Shown here: piece by piece, positions 1 to 10,081 of the stretch
Numbering within the stretch: position 1 is the first letter of the stretch
Layout: every line of letters begins with the position of its first letter
Assembly (NCBI GenBank): GCA_942493265.1
Contig: OW818688.1
Coordinates: forward strand, 1,218,994-1,282,993
Length of the DNA stretch: 64,000 nt
Source: an uncultured Bacteroidota bacterium
GTDB taxonomy: Bacteria > Bacteroidota > Bacteroidia > Bacteroidales > UBA12481
Direction: 5' to 3'
Notes under the pieces: model-generated
Database searches by the model: none
Told to the model about the DNA's origin: nothing
Seen by the model: the letters and a program-made list of their open reading frames with translations, nothing else
Made by a program: the position numbers and the translations under genes

Positions 1-2149
1 CGCCCAGAAGTTTGGGCCAGGCGCTGTTGGTGGTTGCATTTCCATAGAGCACCACTCCCCGGTCGGGATAGGCGGCCGGATCGAACGCGGCATCCGCTAT
101 CACGTCGAGGGCTCCGTTTCCCCGGTAGTACCAGGTTTCGGCATCGTAGCGGGCTTTCGCCAGCGCCCAGGCATTCTCCTCCTTTGTTCCGGTGGTGCCG
201 TACACCATCACCATGCGGTGGTTGAAGGGCTCCTTGAAGGTTCCGTTGCGGACCGGACCTTTCTCCATACTACCCGGACCGGTTCCCACCATCCAGTGGT
301 CCTTTTTCACCAGCACAAGCGGCTGTTTGCCGGCTGGCCGGGGAATCTTCAGATCATCGCCGTCGAGCTGAACCCTTAGGCTGTCGCCCGCCATTCCTTC
401 CACCTGAAGACTTAAAATGGAGATGTTTTCAGTGGTTCCGGTAAAAATACCCTTTGCGCGATTCCGGTCGATTTTGATTGTACTGTATTTTAATGGCTCC
501 AGCTGTTGCAGGACCGATACCCAGCGGTTCGACGATGACACGGCAGGATTGGCCGTACGGAAGTCGATGCGGTTCACTGCGCTGTCGGGCCGTATGGCAT
601 GCGACCGGAAAAACTCGAACAGCGGTGGCCAGTCAACGCTCTCGTTGCTCCACCAGTGATTGCCTCCCGGATATTCGTAATAGGTAAAATCGGGATGAAA
701 TTCACCCAGCAGTTTGCGCATCTGCCGGGCATGCTCCACCGGCACCGTTGGATCGGCATCGCCATGGTGCACGTATACCCCATGGGCTCCATAATTGCGC
801 ACCAGCTCAGGCACATTGCTCCCGTTGCTTGCCCGGTAAAGATTCTGTTCATTTTCGTTATCCCCCGGCTGCGGGATTCGCCCGTCGGCCGAAGCGTAAG
901 CCATCAATGAGGCATAGCCCGCACATGGCGCAATGGCTGCCCACCGGTCAGGATAAGTTGCTCCCAGATACCAGGTTCCGTGGCCTCCCATGGAATGACC
1001 GGTAAGGTAGATCCGGGCGGGATCGGGGTGAAAGGTGTTTTTCGCGATATCCAGCACCTCCAGCGCATCCAGCCGGCCCCAGTCTTCCCAGTTGAACCCG
1101 CGCGGCCGCCGGTTGGTGGGCGCTACCAGGGTACCCCAGTCTTTAGGCGTATAGGCCCGCGCCTGACCGATGGCCTCAACGCCGGCGCCGTGTACCGACA
1201 GGAAAAGTGCACCGGGCTTACTGCCGGATCCGCTCTGCGGGTTAACGGCATAATATTGCACGCTGCCATCGATTTCGCTGATGAAAGTGGAGCGGTATGA
1301 CTCACCGGCAGCTACCGACTCAACAGTCACGACAGAACTCACCAGAGTTTTCCCGTTTGCCGTCAGCACCAGGTTGCAGGGATAGGATCCCTTGGTGGTA
1401 ACCGCCTGACCGTTGAAGCGGAAGGGCACCTTGCGGGTGCTGAAGGGCAGCAGGTCGGGCACCGGCATACTCAATTCCCGGCCCAGCAACTCTGAGCGGA
1501 TGGCAAGTCCGGTAAGTGTTTTATCAGAGGTATTCAGCAGCACAATGGCACCCAGCAGCGACAGGTTATCGCCCCCCGGCACGATATGCGGCAGGGTGGG
1601 ATCGTCGGTAGTAATCAGTACCGGTGTGGCAGGCAGGGTGAGCTGCACGGTTACGGCAGTACGGAAGCCTGCTGTACGTATGTATATTTCATTCAACCCT
1701 TTGCGGATCGCCACGGGGATATGCAGCCAGTTATGGCCATAGGGATCGCCCGGATGAGGTTCGCCGTTCCAGTAGAACATGGCGTTGCCCGTGATGTTGA
1801 TCACCCCGCCACGGTCGCGGTTTGAACGATAAGTCAGGTAGATGTATCCATTAGAAGCCTCCCGCCCGGTAAACCGTCCGGTGCTGTCGGCCCGGATCGC
1901 TGTCCACACCACCTCCCGGCCCTGGGCATTGGTAAACAAAGCCAATGAGGCTGCAGGTTTTTGGTAACCAGGAGTATACATCCGTGCAGCCAGCTGGTCG
2001 GTGAACAGTGCCTGCCGGCCATACTGATGACTGTTGCCTAAGGCCAACCCCTCCCGGAACCGGATGGTGTCCTGGGCAAATGATGGCATTACGGACAGGA
2101 GAATGGCTGCGAGAATTATTCGCGCGGAAAGGGCTTTTGTAGCTTTCAT
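1..2149 (-). CDS. Secreted alpha/beta-hydrolase (prolyl-oligopeptidase / esterase-like); the C-terminal end runs off the window
   Basis: Absent from the ORF track because it has no in-window stop. Manual minus-strand translation from the ATG (complement of 2147-2149) is uninterrupted to position 1. It begins MKATKALSARIILAAILLSVMPSFAQ (signal peptide). It contains LFLSVHGAG...IYLTGHSMGGHGTWYLG (GxSxG nucleophile elbow) and VYVHHGDADPTVPVEH. Confidence 0.8.
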   Translation of the reverse strand, partial: MKATKALSARIILAAILLSVMPSFAQDTIRFREGLALGNSHQYGRQALFTDQLAARMYTPGYQKPAASLALFTNAQGREVVWTAIRADSTGRFTGREASNGYIYLTYRSNRDRGGVINITGNAMFYWNGEPHPGDPYGHNWLHIPVAIRKGLNEIYIRTAGFRTAVTVQLTLPATPVLITTDDPTLPHIVPGGDNLSLLGAIVLLNTSDKTLTGLAIRSELLGRELSMPVPDLLPFSTRKVPFRFNGQAVTTKGSYPCNLVLTANGKTLVSSVVTVESVAAGESYRSTFISEIDGSVQYYAVNPQSGSGSKPGALFLSVHGAGVEAIGQARAYTPKDWGTLVAPTNRRPRGFNWEDWGRLDALEVLDIAKNTFHPDPARIYLTGHSMGGHGTWYLGATYPDRWAAIAPCAGYASLMAYASADGRIPQPGDNENEQNLYRASNGSNVPELVRNYGAHGVYVHHGDADPTVPVEHARQMRKLLGEFHPDFTYYEYPGGNHWWSNESVDWPPLFEFFRSHAIRPDSAVNRIDFRTANPAVSSSNRWVSVLQQLEPLKYSTIKIDRNRAKGIFTGTTENISILSLQVEGMAGDSLRVQLDGDDLKIPRPAGKQPLVLVKKDHWMVGTGPGSMEKGPVRNGTFKEPFNHRMVMVYGTTGTKEENAWALAKARYDAETWYYRGNGALDVIADAAFDPAAYPDRGVVLYGNATTNSAWPKLLG

Positions 2150-2201
2150 GGGCAGGTTGTTTGTTCAAAGGTATAAATTTGCCCATATTTCATTTCTTAA
2201 A

Positions 2202-2645
2202 ATGATTGAAGGACTTTTTGATTACTCCCTGTGGGGATTATTTCTGGCCAGTTTTCTGGCGGCAACGGTGGTTCCTTTTAGTTCCGAAGCCTTGCTTACT
2301 GTTCTGATTATCAACGGAACCAATCCCTATTCAGCTGTTTTGGTCGCCACAGCAGGCAACTGGCTCGGCGGAATGAGCAGCTTTGCCATCGGCTATCTGG
2401 GTAAATGGGCGTGGATTGAAAAATACCTGAGAATTAAGCGCGAAACCCTTGAGAAGTGGCATACCCGACTGTATAAACGAGGGGCCCTTTTTGCATTCCT
2501 GTGCTGGGTTCCCGGTGTAGGCGATATTTTTGCGGTCGGGCTCGGCCTTTTACGGGCCAATATTCTGATAACCGCCTTAGCCATGCTGGCCGGCAAATTT
2601 TTGCGTTACGTGGTTTGGGGATGGCTCACCGGACTGGTTTTCTGA
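2202..2645 (+). CDS. YqaA/DedA-like small integral membrane protein
   Basis: The ORF 2034-2645 has an N-terminal 56 aa that overlaps the upstream gene and looks non-protein. The internal start MIEGLFDYSLWGLFLASFLAATVVPFSSEALL matches the YqaA/SNARE-associated style, with 4 hydrophobic helices. Confidence 0.7.
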   Translation: MIEGLFDYSLWGLFLASFLAATVVPFSSEALLTVLIINGTNPYSAVLVATAGNWLGGMSSFAIGYLGKWAWIEKYLRIKRETLEKWHTRLYKRGALFAFLCWVPGVGDIFAVGLGLLRANILITALAMLAGKFLRYVVWGWLTGLVF

Positions 2646-2913
2646 TTGTTAATTCCAGCTCTGTGATGCAGGATTCCAGTTGCCCGAAAAAGGGATAATG
2701 GTTTCAAAGGCAGGTATCTGGTTTTTCATAATATTCTGGTTTAACCTTTGATCAAAATATACGCTAGGTTAAAGGACTTTGAGATGCAAATGCAAAACAG
2801 GTAGGGTACAGAGAACATACGTCAAATAAATAAATGATTTTCATATAATTGCGCTTGCTTTTTCTATTTTCGGCCGGGAGTTGGCAATAAAGGGTACGCA
2901 CTAAGCTTAAGGA

Positions 2914-5900
2914 ATGAAAAAAGTAGGATTGCATGATAACAAGTTCCACGTAAGGAACCAACCACAGATATTGATTATAGCAACCATATTAATTGTGCTC
3001 TTGCTTGTTTCGGGCCAATATTATGCAACACGTGAATTTAAAACCATAAGATCTGCCAAAACAATTGAGCTCGAGCTAATCGGCACCACAAAAATGAATC
3101 AGATTTCAGAATGGTTTGCCGATGAAATTTTCGATGCATACACGATTGCCAGAAATGAGATCTTTCAACAGGTTACCGGGGATTGGTATTCCACTAAAAA
3201 AGTATCCGACAGTCTTCGGCTGGCGGAGTTTGTTTCGTCGTATGCACGTGAACATAGCTATTTTACGATTTTTCTCGTTGACAATGACGGGAAATTATTA
3301 ATTTCCTCCACGCGGGATAATCCGGAAATTGACCCGCTGCTGCTACCCTTTATCAAGGATTGTGGAAATCTTGACAGCACTTATTCAACGGACCTTTATC
3401 GATCCCAAAAATCAAAAAACATCTGGATCGATTTTCTAACGAAAGCTGAAACTTCCGATGGGCTGCAGGTCGGAGTCTGGGTTTTCCGGTTTGATCCGGC
3501 ATTAAGCCTTTATCCGATCATTGATGCCTGGCCAAAACCCCTGGAAAGCACGGAAACTTACCTGGGCCGTCTTGAGGAGAATTTAGTGAGGGTTCTGAAT
3601 AACTTGAAATTCAAGGAGGATTGTGCACTGAATTTCACCTACACCCTCGACCAGCAGGAGGCTGCGATAGTGATGGCGGCAAATGGACTGTCGGGCGTAA
3701 GAGAGTCAATTGATTACCGGGGGGAAAAGGTAATGGCTTATATCAATAAAGTTCCCGGAACTCCCTGGCTGATTGTAACAAAAACGGATAGCAGTGAGGT
3801 TTTCGAGGAGGCTTTTCTGGAGTTGGGTTTCCTGATCAGTGTAATTTTATTAGCAATCCTGCTGGTTTTGGCAGGAGCCTATCTCCTACACAGGAGTATT
3901 CGCCGTGATTCAATTCAAACCCTCTTTAAGGCACATGAAGAGTTTCGGACAGTGGTTCAGAATGTGAATGCAATCGTGTTTATAATCGACCAAAACGGAA
4001 TTTTCGAATTATCCGAGGGCCTGGGTCTGAGTGCTCTCGGGTTGAAACCTGGTGAGGTTATCGGACTATCGGCGAAGGAGTTGTATAAGGATTATCCGGG
4101 AGTTGTTGCAGGTATTGATAAAGTACTCGAGGGTAAGGCAAACCAGGTTGAATTGCTGGTTCAGGGGATCATTTTTGACACCCTTTTTACGCCTCGTTTT
4201 GATCAGCAGGGAAAAGTTACCGGGGCAATCGGACTAGCCACCAATATTACCGAACGATATGCTGCGGCTGAGGCTATAAAACAGCGGGAGATTTGGTTCC
4301 GCCGGCTGGCAGATACCACTTCAACTGCAATTTTCATCTATCAGAATAATTGCTTTGTGTATGTTAACCGGACTTGTACAGAGCTTACAGGATATTCAGA
4401 AGCCGAGTTACTGGGCATGAATTTCTGGGAAATTGTTCACATGGAATCAAAAGAACTGGTAAAAGACAGGGGCCATGCCCGGCTGCGTGGAGAAACGGTT
4501 CCATCGAGATATGAGTTTAGGATAATTCAAAAAAATGGTCATGAAACCTGGGTCGATTTTACTGCAGGCGAGATTGATTGGCAGGGCCTACCCGCCGGCA
4601 TCGGAACGGCCATCGATATTACGCAACGCAAGAAATCTGAAATAATATATAAATTACAGTACAACATTGCCGATGCAGCGGTTCGTTCCAAAAAAATGAA
4701 AGACCTTTTCGGGATCATCCGGAATGAATTGTCCACCGTTATCGATACAACAAATTGTTTTTTTGTGGATTATGATAAAAGCACCGGAATGTTAACCGTT
4801 CCTTTTGAAAAAGATGAATTGGATGAGATTCCGACAGCTTTTCCGGCTGATGGATCCTTGACCGGTTTGTTAATCAAAAATGGCAAAACATTATTGCTCT
4901 CTTCTGCAGAAATCAGGCAACTCGCCGCTGACGACAAAATCCGTTTAATAGGCACCGTGGCTGAATCCTGGCTTGGTGTGCCCATTCTTATTCACAACGT
5001 TCCCGCAGGCGCATTAGTCGTGCAAAATTATACCAAAGCCAATGCTTATGACGCACAGAGCGCCGGGATACTGGAAATGATCGCGAATCAGTTAAGTGTT
5101 TATATCGAACGAAACCAGGTGGAAGAAACTGCCATAAAGTTGGCCAAAAGTATCGAGCAGAGCCCGGTTAGCATTATCATTACCAACCTTAAAGGCAATA
5201 TTGAATATGTAAATCCCATGTTCTGCAAGTCAACAGGTTATTCCATTGAAGAAATTATCGGCGAAAATCCGAGAATCCTGAAATCGGGTGACCAGCCGGA
5301 GGACTTTTATGAAAATCTTTGGAAAACGATTTTATCGGGAAATGACTGGCATGGTGAATTTCATAACCGTAAAAAAAACGGAGAATTATTCTGGGAGAAC
5401 GGAATTATCTCTCCTATTGTTAATGAAGCCGGCAGGATCACTCATTTTATTGCTGTTAAGGAGGATGTTTCAGAAAGGAGGAAGATGATTGAGGATCTGA
5501 TCATTGCCAAGGAACACGCGGAAGAATCCGACCGGCTTAAATCTGCCTTCCTGGCGAATATGAGTCATGAGATCAGGACCCCGATGAATGCGATTATCGG
5601 ATTTTCGGAACTGCTGAATGACCCGGATACCACTCCTGATGAACGTGAAAAATACACCTATCATATCCAGCAAAGATCATTTGACCTGTTGGCCATTATC
5701 AACGATATCCTCGACTTATCCTCTCTGGAATCCAATCAGTTGCGAATGGTTGAAGAGGCTGGTTGTATTGCTGATTTATTTTCAGATACTTACCACGTGG
5801 GATTGGCTATCAAAAATGATTTAAAAAAGATTGATGTTCAGTTTACCTGTACCGTTGAAGGTGAACTTGCCAATATCAAAATCGTAACTGATTGGCGAAG

Positions 5901-6237
5901 AGTGCGTCAGGTTTTAAACAATGTCATTAACAATGCTTTTAAATTTACTCCATCCGGATTTATTCAGGTAAGCTGCGGACTTTGGAAAGATGATTTCATA
6001 AAGTTTACAGTGGCAGATAGTGGAATTGGCATAGAAAAAGAAAAACTGGAGGCAGTTTTTGAGCGGTTTGTTCAGGCGGATGATTCGCTATCCCGACAAC
6101 ATGGCGGTGCCGGACTTGGTTTGCCTATCTGTAAGGGGCTGGTTGATTTGCTGGGAGGTCACATTGATTTGGTATCTACCCCGTCCAAAGGCAGTGTTTT
6201 TTCATTTACCATTCCGTTCCGGCAAGTTAACGGATAA
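2914..6237 (+). CDS. Sensor histidine kinase with an extracytoplasmic sensor domain, several PAS domains and a GAF-like domain; no receiver domain
   Basis: 1107 aa. Two TM segments flank a ~280-aa N-terminal domain. There are PAS-like repeats (e.g. NPRILKSGDQPEDFYENLWKTILSGNDWHGEFHNRKKNGELFWE). The H-box is FLANMSHEIRTPMNAIIGF and the G2 box is GGAGLGLPICKGLVDLLGG. No adjacent response regulator. Confidence 0.9.
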   Translation: MKKVGLHDNKFHVRNQPQILIIATILIVLLLVSGQYYATREFKTIRSAKTIELELIGTTKMNQISEWFADEIFDAYTIARNEIFQQVTGDWYSTKKVSDSLRLAEFVSSYAREHSYFTIFLVDNDGKLLISSTRDNPEIDPLLLPFIKDCGNLDSTYSTDLYRSQKSKNIWIDFLTKAETSDGLQVGVWVFRFDPALSLYPIIDAWPKPLESTETYLGRLEENLVRVLNNLKFKEDCALNFTYTLDQQEAAIVMAANGLSGVRESIDYRGEKVMAYINKVPGTPWLIVTKTDSSEVFEEAFLELGFLISVILLAILLVLAGAYLLHRSIRRDSIQTLFKAHEEFRTVVQNVNAIVFIIDQNGIFELSEGLGLSALGLKPGEVIGLSAKELYKDYPGVVAGIDKVLEGKANQVELLVQGIIFDTLFTPRFDQQGKVTGAIGLATNITERYAAAEAIKQREIWFRRLADTTSTAIFIYQNNCFVYVNRTCTELTGYSEAELLGMNFWEIVHMESKELVKDRGHARLRGETVPSRYEFRIIQKNGHETWVDFTAGEIDWQGLPAGIGTAIDITQRKKSEIIYKLQYNIADAAVRSKKMKDLFGIIRNELSTVIDTTNCFFVDYDKSTGMLTVPFEKDELDEIPTAFPADGSLTGLLIKNGKTLLLSSAEIRQLAADDKIRLIGTVAESWLGVPILIHNVPAGALVVQNYTKANAYDAQSAGILEMIANQLSVYIERNQVEETAIKLAKSIEQSPVSIIITNLKGNIEYVNPMFCKSTGYSIEEIIGENPRILKSGDQPEDFYENLWKTILSGNDWHGEFHNRKKNGELFWENGIISPIVNEAGRITHFIAVKEDVSERRKMIEDLIIAKEHAEESDRLKSAFLANMSHEIRTPMNAIIGFSELLNDPDTTPDEREKYTYHIQQRSFDLLAIINDILDLSSLESNQLRMVEEAGCIADLFSDTYHVGLAIKNDLKKIDVQFTCTVEGELANIKIVTDWRRVRQVLNNVINNAFKFTPSGFIQVSCGLWKDDFIKFTVADSGIGIEKEKLEAVFERFVQADDSLSRQHGGAGLGLPICKGLVDLLGGHIDLVSTPSKGSVFSFTIPFRQVNG

Positions 6238-6356
6238 AGGTATGTCAGGATCGGCAGGGAGTCATGTGGATTGTGTAAAGGTCATCTAACCATCACCAGG
6301 TAACTGGTTAACAAAAAAATTACCTTTAACATCATCAAAAAAACCTGAATCAGATA

Positions 6357-8954
6357 ATGAAAAATCAATTTTTTCTCACGCTTACCGTTTTTTTGTTCCT
6401 TGGATGGACTCTCTCAGCTCAGAAAACTGTTACTCCTGCTGAACAGGGCAAACTGGATTTCCGGTATTCACCTCCTGAATGGCAAACGGCTATCTGTTTG
6501 CCCGATGATCCGCACAAAACGCTGGTGGACCGCACCGGCGAGCTGCTCTATCATTATAAGCAGGGGGGGCGCGAGTTTGGAACCCGCATCAGTGTTGTGG
6601 TTGCGAATGATGCGAAATGGGTTGGGCAGGAGCTCTATTCGCCGCGGGTACCGATTGTTAAAACCTACCTGCAGTCGGCAGATGTGGAGATTACTGAGGA
6701 GGCTTTTGCTGTTACAGGTGCGCCGGTAGGTAGTATGCCTGAAAATGCACTGAAGCGCTTTGACGATGGCACTGTTGAAAATGGCTGGGCCATGCCTTCG
6801 CCAGGATATGATACAACGCTCAGGAATATCAACCTGCATATGAACGGGAGCATTCAGTATGAATTGTTGATTCCTGCCGGATCATCAAGGCTCATCGCAC
6901 TTGCCCTGTGTGAAGGTTATTGGGGGGAACCCGGGAGGCGCGTGATGAATTTATGCGTGGAGGGAGCGAAAACCCGAACGGTAGATATGGTGGCCGAAAC
7001 CGGGAAGAACAAGCCGGCTGCATTCTGGTTCGAAGCCAGGGATGCGGATGTTGATGGAAAGATTAAGATCTCGGTGGATGCCGCTCCGCAAGCCACGGAT
7101 AAAAATACGGTGCTTAACGGCCTCTGGGTGTTTGATCCGGGAACAAAAACCGATAGTGAGGCGCTTTTAAAAGGCAAATTGAATTCCGCTGCGCTGGTCG
7201 ATCTGAACCATACCACCCACGACGTCCCCGGTCGCGATGATATCATACTGGTTCATCTGAAAAACACCGGTTCTGCCTCAAGGACCGTCACCCCTGAGCT
7301 GATTGTAAATACAGTATTGCCATTGACTTTTCGGGCCGATCAGGGGAAAATCACGGTTAATGGCGCCGAAGTGCTCAATGCATCCCTGGAAATGGCCGGG
7401 ATGGTTGAAAAAACCGGGCCGCTGCACCGGATTCAGCTGGAAACGGTGAATCTGGCTGCCGGTGAAAGCGCATCATTTTACGTACAATACTCCAACGGGA
7501 CGGCCATGCCCGGAAGTCCCGGTTCGATGGAAGAGGTGGTGGCCAGTCGTGCCAAAGCCATTGAATACTGGGAAAAGAAATCGCAGCTGCCTTTTGACCG
7601 GATTCAGGTTCCGGAGCCTGGTGTTCAGGCGCTTATTGAGTCATCCGTACGGAATATCTGGCAGGCGCGGGAGATCAAAAACGGATTGCCTGCTTTCCAG
7701 GTCGGTCCCACCTGCTATCGGGGATTGTGGATCGTTGATGGTGCATTCCTGCTGGAATCGGCCGCTATGGTCGGGGCAGGCGATCAGGCCCGGAACGGTG
7801 TTGCCTATGAGCTGTCGGTACAGAAACCCGATGGACGGATGGAGTCGCTCGCCCCGGATTTCTGGAAGGAAAACGGCATCGTGATCTGGACGTGCGTGCG
7901 GCATGCCCAGCTCACCCAGGATAAAGTGTGGCTCGAGTCGGTATGGCCTAAGCTGCAGCTCATTGCCGAATATATCAAAACACTCCGGAGCCAGACGCTC
8001 AACAATGGTTCCACGCTCGACGACGGCCTTAATCCTGCGGGCACCCTGGATGGAGGCATCGGGGGCACTCATGATGAATACACGAATACTTACTGGAACC
8101 TCACCGGACTGAAAGCTTTTATCCAGGCTGCACAATGGCTGGGCAAAACTCAGGAAGCCGCCGCCTGGCAAAAGGAGTATGATGCCTTTATGCTTGCCTT
8201 CCGGAATGCCGCAAAACGCGATATGGCTAAGGATCCTGCCGGCAACGCCTATCTGGGGGCCCTCATGGGCGAAGCGGGATGGAAACAGTTGCCGCAGCGA
8301 GCCCAATGGGCTTTCTGTCAGGCCGTTTACCCGGGACAGATCTTTTCCAACGACGATCCGCTGGTGACCGGAAACATGGCGATGCTGGAGGCTACCGAAC
8401 GCGAAGGCATGGTGTATGGAACCGGGTGGGACGCCACTGGCATCTGGAATTACTTCGCCTCATTCTACGGCCATGCCTGGCTATGGCAGGGCAATGGGAA
8501 AAAGGCAGCCCAGTCGCTGTATGCCTTTGGAAATCATGCTGCGCCAACATTGGTGTGGCGTGAGGAGCAGTCGCTGAAAGGTGCAACCTTCCGAAAAGTG
8601 GGTGATATGCCCCACAACTGGGCCAGTGCCGAGTTTATCCGTCTCACCATTCATCTCCTGGCCCTGGACCGCGGAAATGACCTGCATCTGCTGGAGGGCA
8701 TGCCGGTTGAGTGGACCAAGCCCGGAATGGTTACCCGGCTGAATGGGGTAGCAACCCCTTTCGGAGCACTCACGATGGAGCTAAAAGTGGCTGACGATGG
8801 CCGTAGCGCAAAGCTGCATGTTGAGCCGCTATCCGATCCTTCCTGCAATGAAATCATCGTGCATCTGAACAGCCTGGCAAAGGTCAGAGGAGGAAAAGTG
8901 ATCAGGTTGAATCCCCGGGAACAAAATGACATCACGCTTCCGATCCGGCTATAG
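6357..8954 (+). CDS. Secreted glycoside-hydrolase-like protein (malectin-like beta-sandwich plus C-terminal six-hairpin (alpha/alpha)6-like region); family unassigned
   Basis: 865 aa. Signal peptide MKNQFFLTLTVFLFLGWTLSAQ. The central NLCVEGAKTRTVDMV...LNGLWVF segment resembles malectin-type carbohydrate-binding modules. The helical C-terminal half (GLWIVDGAFLLESAAM..., NTYWNLTGLKAFIQAAQWLG) looks like a toroid glycosidase. Confidence 0.5.
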   Translation: MKNQFFLTLTVFLFLGWTLSAQKTVTPAEQGKLDFRYSPPEWQTAICLPDDPHKTLVDRTGELLYHYKQGGREFGTRISVVVANDAKWVGQELYSPRVPIVKTYLQSADVEITEEAFAVTGAPVGSMPENALKRFDDGTVENGWAMPSPGYDTTLRNINLHMNGSIQYELLIPAGSSRLIALALCEGYWGEPGRRVMNLCVEGAKTRTVDMVAETGKNKPAAFWFEARDADVDGKIKISVDAAPQATDKNTVLNGLWVFDPGTKTDSEALLKGKLNSAALVDLNHTTHDVPGRDDIILVHLKNTGSASRTVTPELIVNTVLPLTFRADQGKITVNGAEVLNASLEMAGMVEKTGPLHRIQLETVNLAAGESASFYVQYSNGTAMPGSPGSMEEVVASRAKAIEYWEKKSQLPFDRIQVPEPGVQALIESSVRNIWQAREIKNGLPAFQVGPTCYRGLWIVDGAFLLESAAMVGAGDQARNGVAYELSVQKPDGRMESLAPDFWKENGIVIWTCVRHAQLTQDKVWLESVWPKLQLIAEYIKTLRSQTLNNGSTLDDGLNPAGTLDGGIGGTHDEYTNTYWNLTGLKAFIQAAQWLGKTQEAAAWQKEYDAFMLAFRNAAKRDMAKDPAGNAYLGALMGEAGWKQLPQRAQWAFCQAVYPGQIFSNDDPLVTGNMAMLEATEREGMVYGTGWDATGIWNYFASFYGHAWLWQGNGKKAAQSLYAFGNHAAPTLVWREEQSLKGATFRKVGDMPHNWASAEFIRLTIHLLALDRGNDLHLLEGMPVEWTKPGMVTRLNGVATPFGALTMELKVADDGRSAKLHVEPLSDPSCNEIIVHLNSLAKVRGGKVIRLNPREQNDITLPIRL

Positions 8955-8989
8955 AAGATCCTTATTTTAATTCATTACCGGATAGCAGC

Positions 8990-10063
8990 TCAGATGATGT
9001 TCGGATATGAAAACATCGGAACATTGTTTTCTTCCGCCACGGTGAGCCCTCCTTTTTTGTTGATCAATTTCTGAATGTAATGACTGAACATCGGCGGACG
9101 GTGCTTGGTGCCTTTGAATTGGTAATTATCGGAATTTAATTCATTGATCCTTTGCACTCTCTGAGGATGCCACAGAAAATCATCTTTCATGTATTTGTTG
9201 AGGTCGAGCAGCTCATAATCCCGGTGATATTTACATTCAGGACCAGCATAGTTAATTCCGTCGGCACCCACCTGAATAAGAAAATGCGAGCCATGCAGTT
9301 TGTCAAAGATCAATGGTTCAGTGGTATACCTTTCATACGGAATCTGGATATTCGAATCTTTCGGGGCAGATTCTTTCAACTTATTCAGGGCTGCGATCAC
9401 ACCGGTTTGATCCGCCTGTTTGGGATAGGAGGTATCCCAATCGATGCAGTACGGATGAAAATAGAGCCAGTGAATTCCTGATTCCAACGCCATTCTGGCC
9501 ACGGCTTCATATCGGTGAATGGTGTCGGTGCGCGTTAGAATGGAGGCTCCGATTTCCAGTTTGCTGCCGGTTTGATCAATCAGTTTTCTCAGTTGCCGTA
9601 TTTTGGCTAATGTATCATGGAAATATTTTCCTTCCCCATCCTGCCAGTCGTAGAGGGAGAATCGAATGGACGTAACATGTTCAACAAGAGCGTCTTTAAC
9701 GATATTTTTATGGGTATAACCACCATTGGAGATGACTGCGATTTCTTTAAAGCCTCTTTTCCGGGCCAATTGAACCGTTTCAGGAAAGTGCGGAACCATA
9801 GTGGGCTCCCCGCCCGAGAGTACGATCCCCGGTGTTCCGTGTCCGAGTATTCCAAACAGCCGGTCCAGAAACGGGAGCTGCAAGGTTAACCCGGGAGTTC
9901 GGGAGGTTCCGTACGGACACCCGTCACAAGCCCTGGTGCAAAGCTGGGTTAAATCCAGTTCAATGGTAGTCGGAAAAATGTTTTCGCCATTCAGATAGGC
10001 CGCCACTTTATCTTTTTCATTTCCAACCTTGGAAGCCGCAAATACAGTTTGATTATTGTTCAT
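8990..10063 (-). CDS. Radical SAM enzyme (no SPASM-type C-terminal Cys cluster)
   Basis: 357 aa with a CX3CX2C motif in LTQLCTRACDGCPYG near the N-terminus. GGEPTM-type SAM-binding motif (LSGGEPTMV). Last gene of the wzx operon. Confidence 0.8.
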   Translation of the reverse strand: MNNNQTVFAASKVGNEKDKVAAYLNGENIFPTTIELDLTQLCTRACDGCPYGTSRTPGLTLQLPFLDRLFGILGHGTPGIVLSGGEPTMVPHFPETVQLARKRGFKEIAVISNGGYTHKNIVKDALVEHVTSIRFSLYDWQDGEGKYFHDTLAKIRQLRKLIDQTGSKLEIGASILTRTDTIHRYEAVARMALESGIHWLYFHPYCIDWDTSYPKQADQTGVIAALNKLKESAPKDSNIQIPYERYTTEPLIFDKLHGSHFLIQVGADGINYAGPECKYHRDYELLDLNKYMKDDFLWHPQRVQRINELNSDNYQFKGTKHRPPMFSHYIQKLINKKGGLTVAEENNVPMFSYPNII

Positions 10064-10081
10064 AAATACTAGTTGATTTTA

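Noticed and set aside
2034-2201. N-terminal extensions of ORF-track entries: 2034 for the YqaA-like gene, 18258 for ATPase 1, 62165 for ATPase 3, 45430 for OsmC, 16826 for the LRR protein and 13755 for GH92.
   Set aside because: The extensions overlap the neighbouring gene or promoter elements, or precede an obvious signal peptide or a conserved family N-terminus. Internal ATG starts fit better.
8990-10063. Could the radical SAM gene be the anaerobic sulfatase-maturing enzyme needed by the Ser-type sulfatases?
   Set aside because: It has only the N-terminal CX3CX2C cluster and no C-terminal Cys-rich SPASM/auxiliary-cluster region. It is translationally embedded in the wzx/GT2 operon, not next to a sulfatase.
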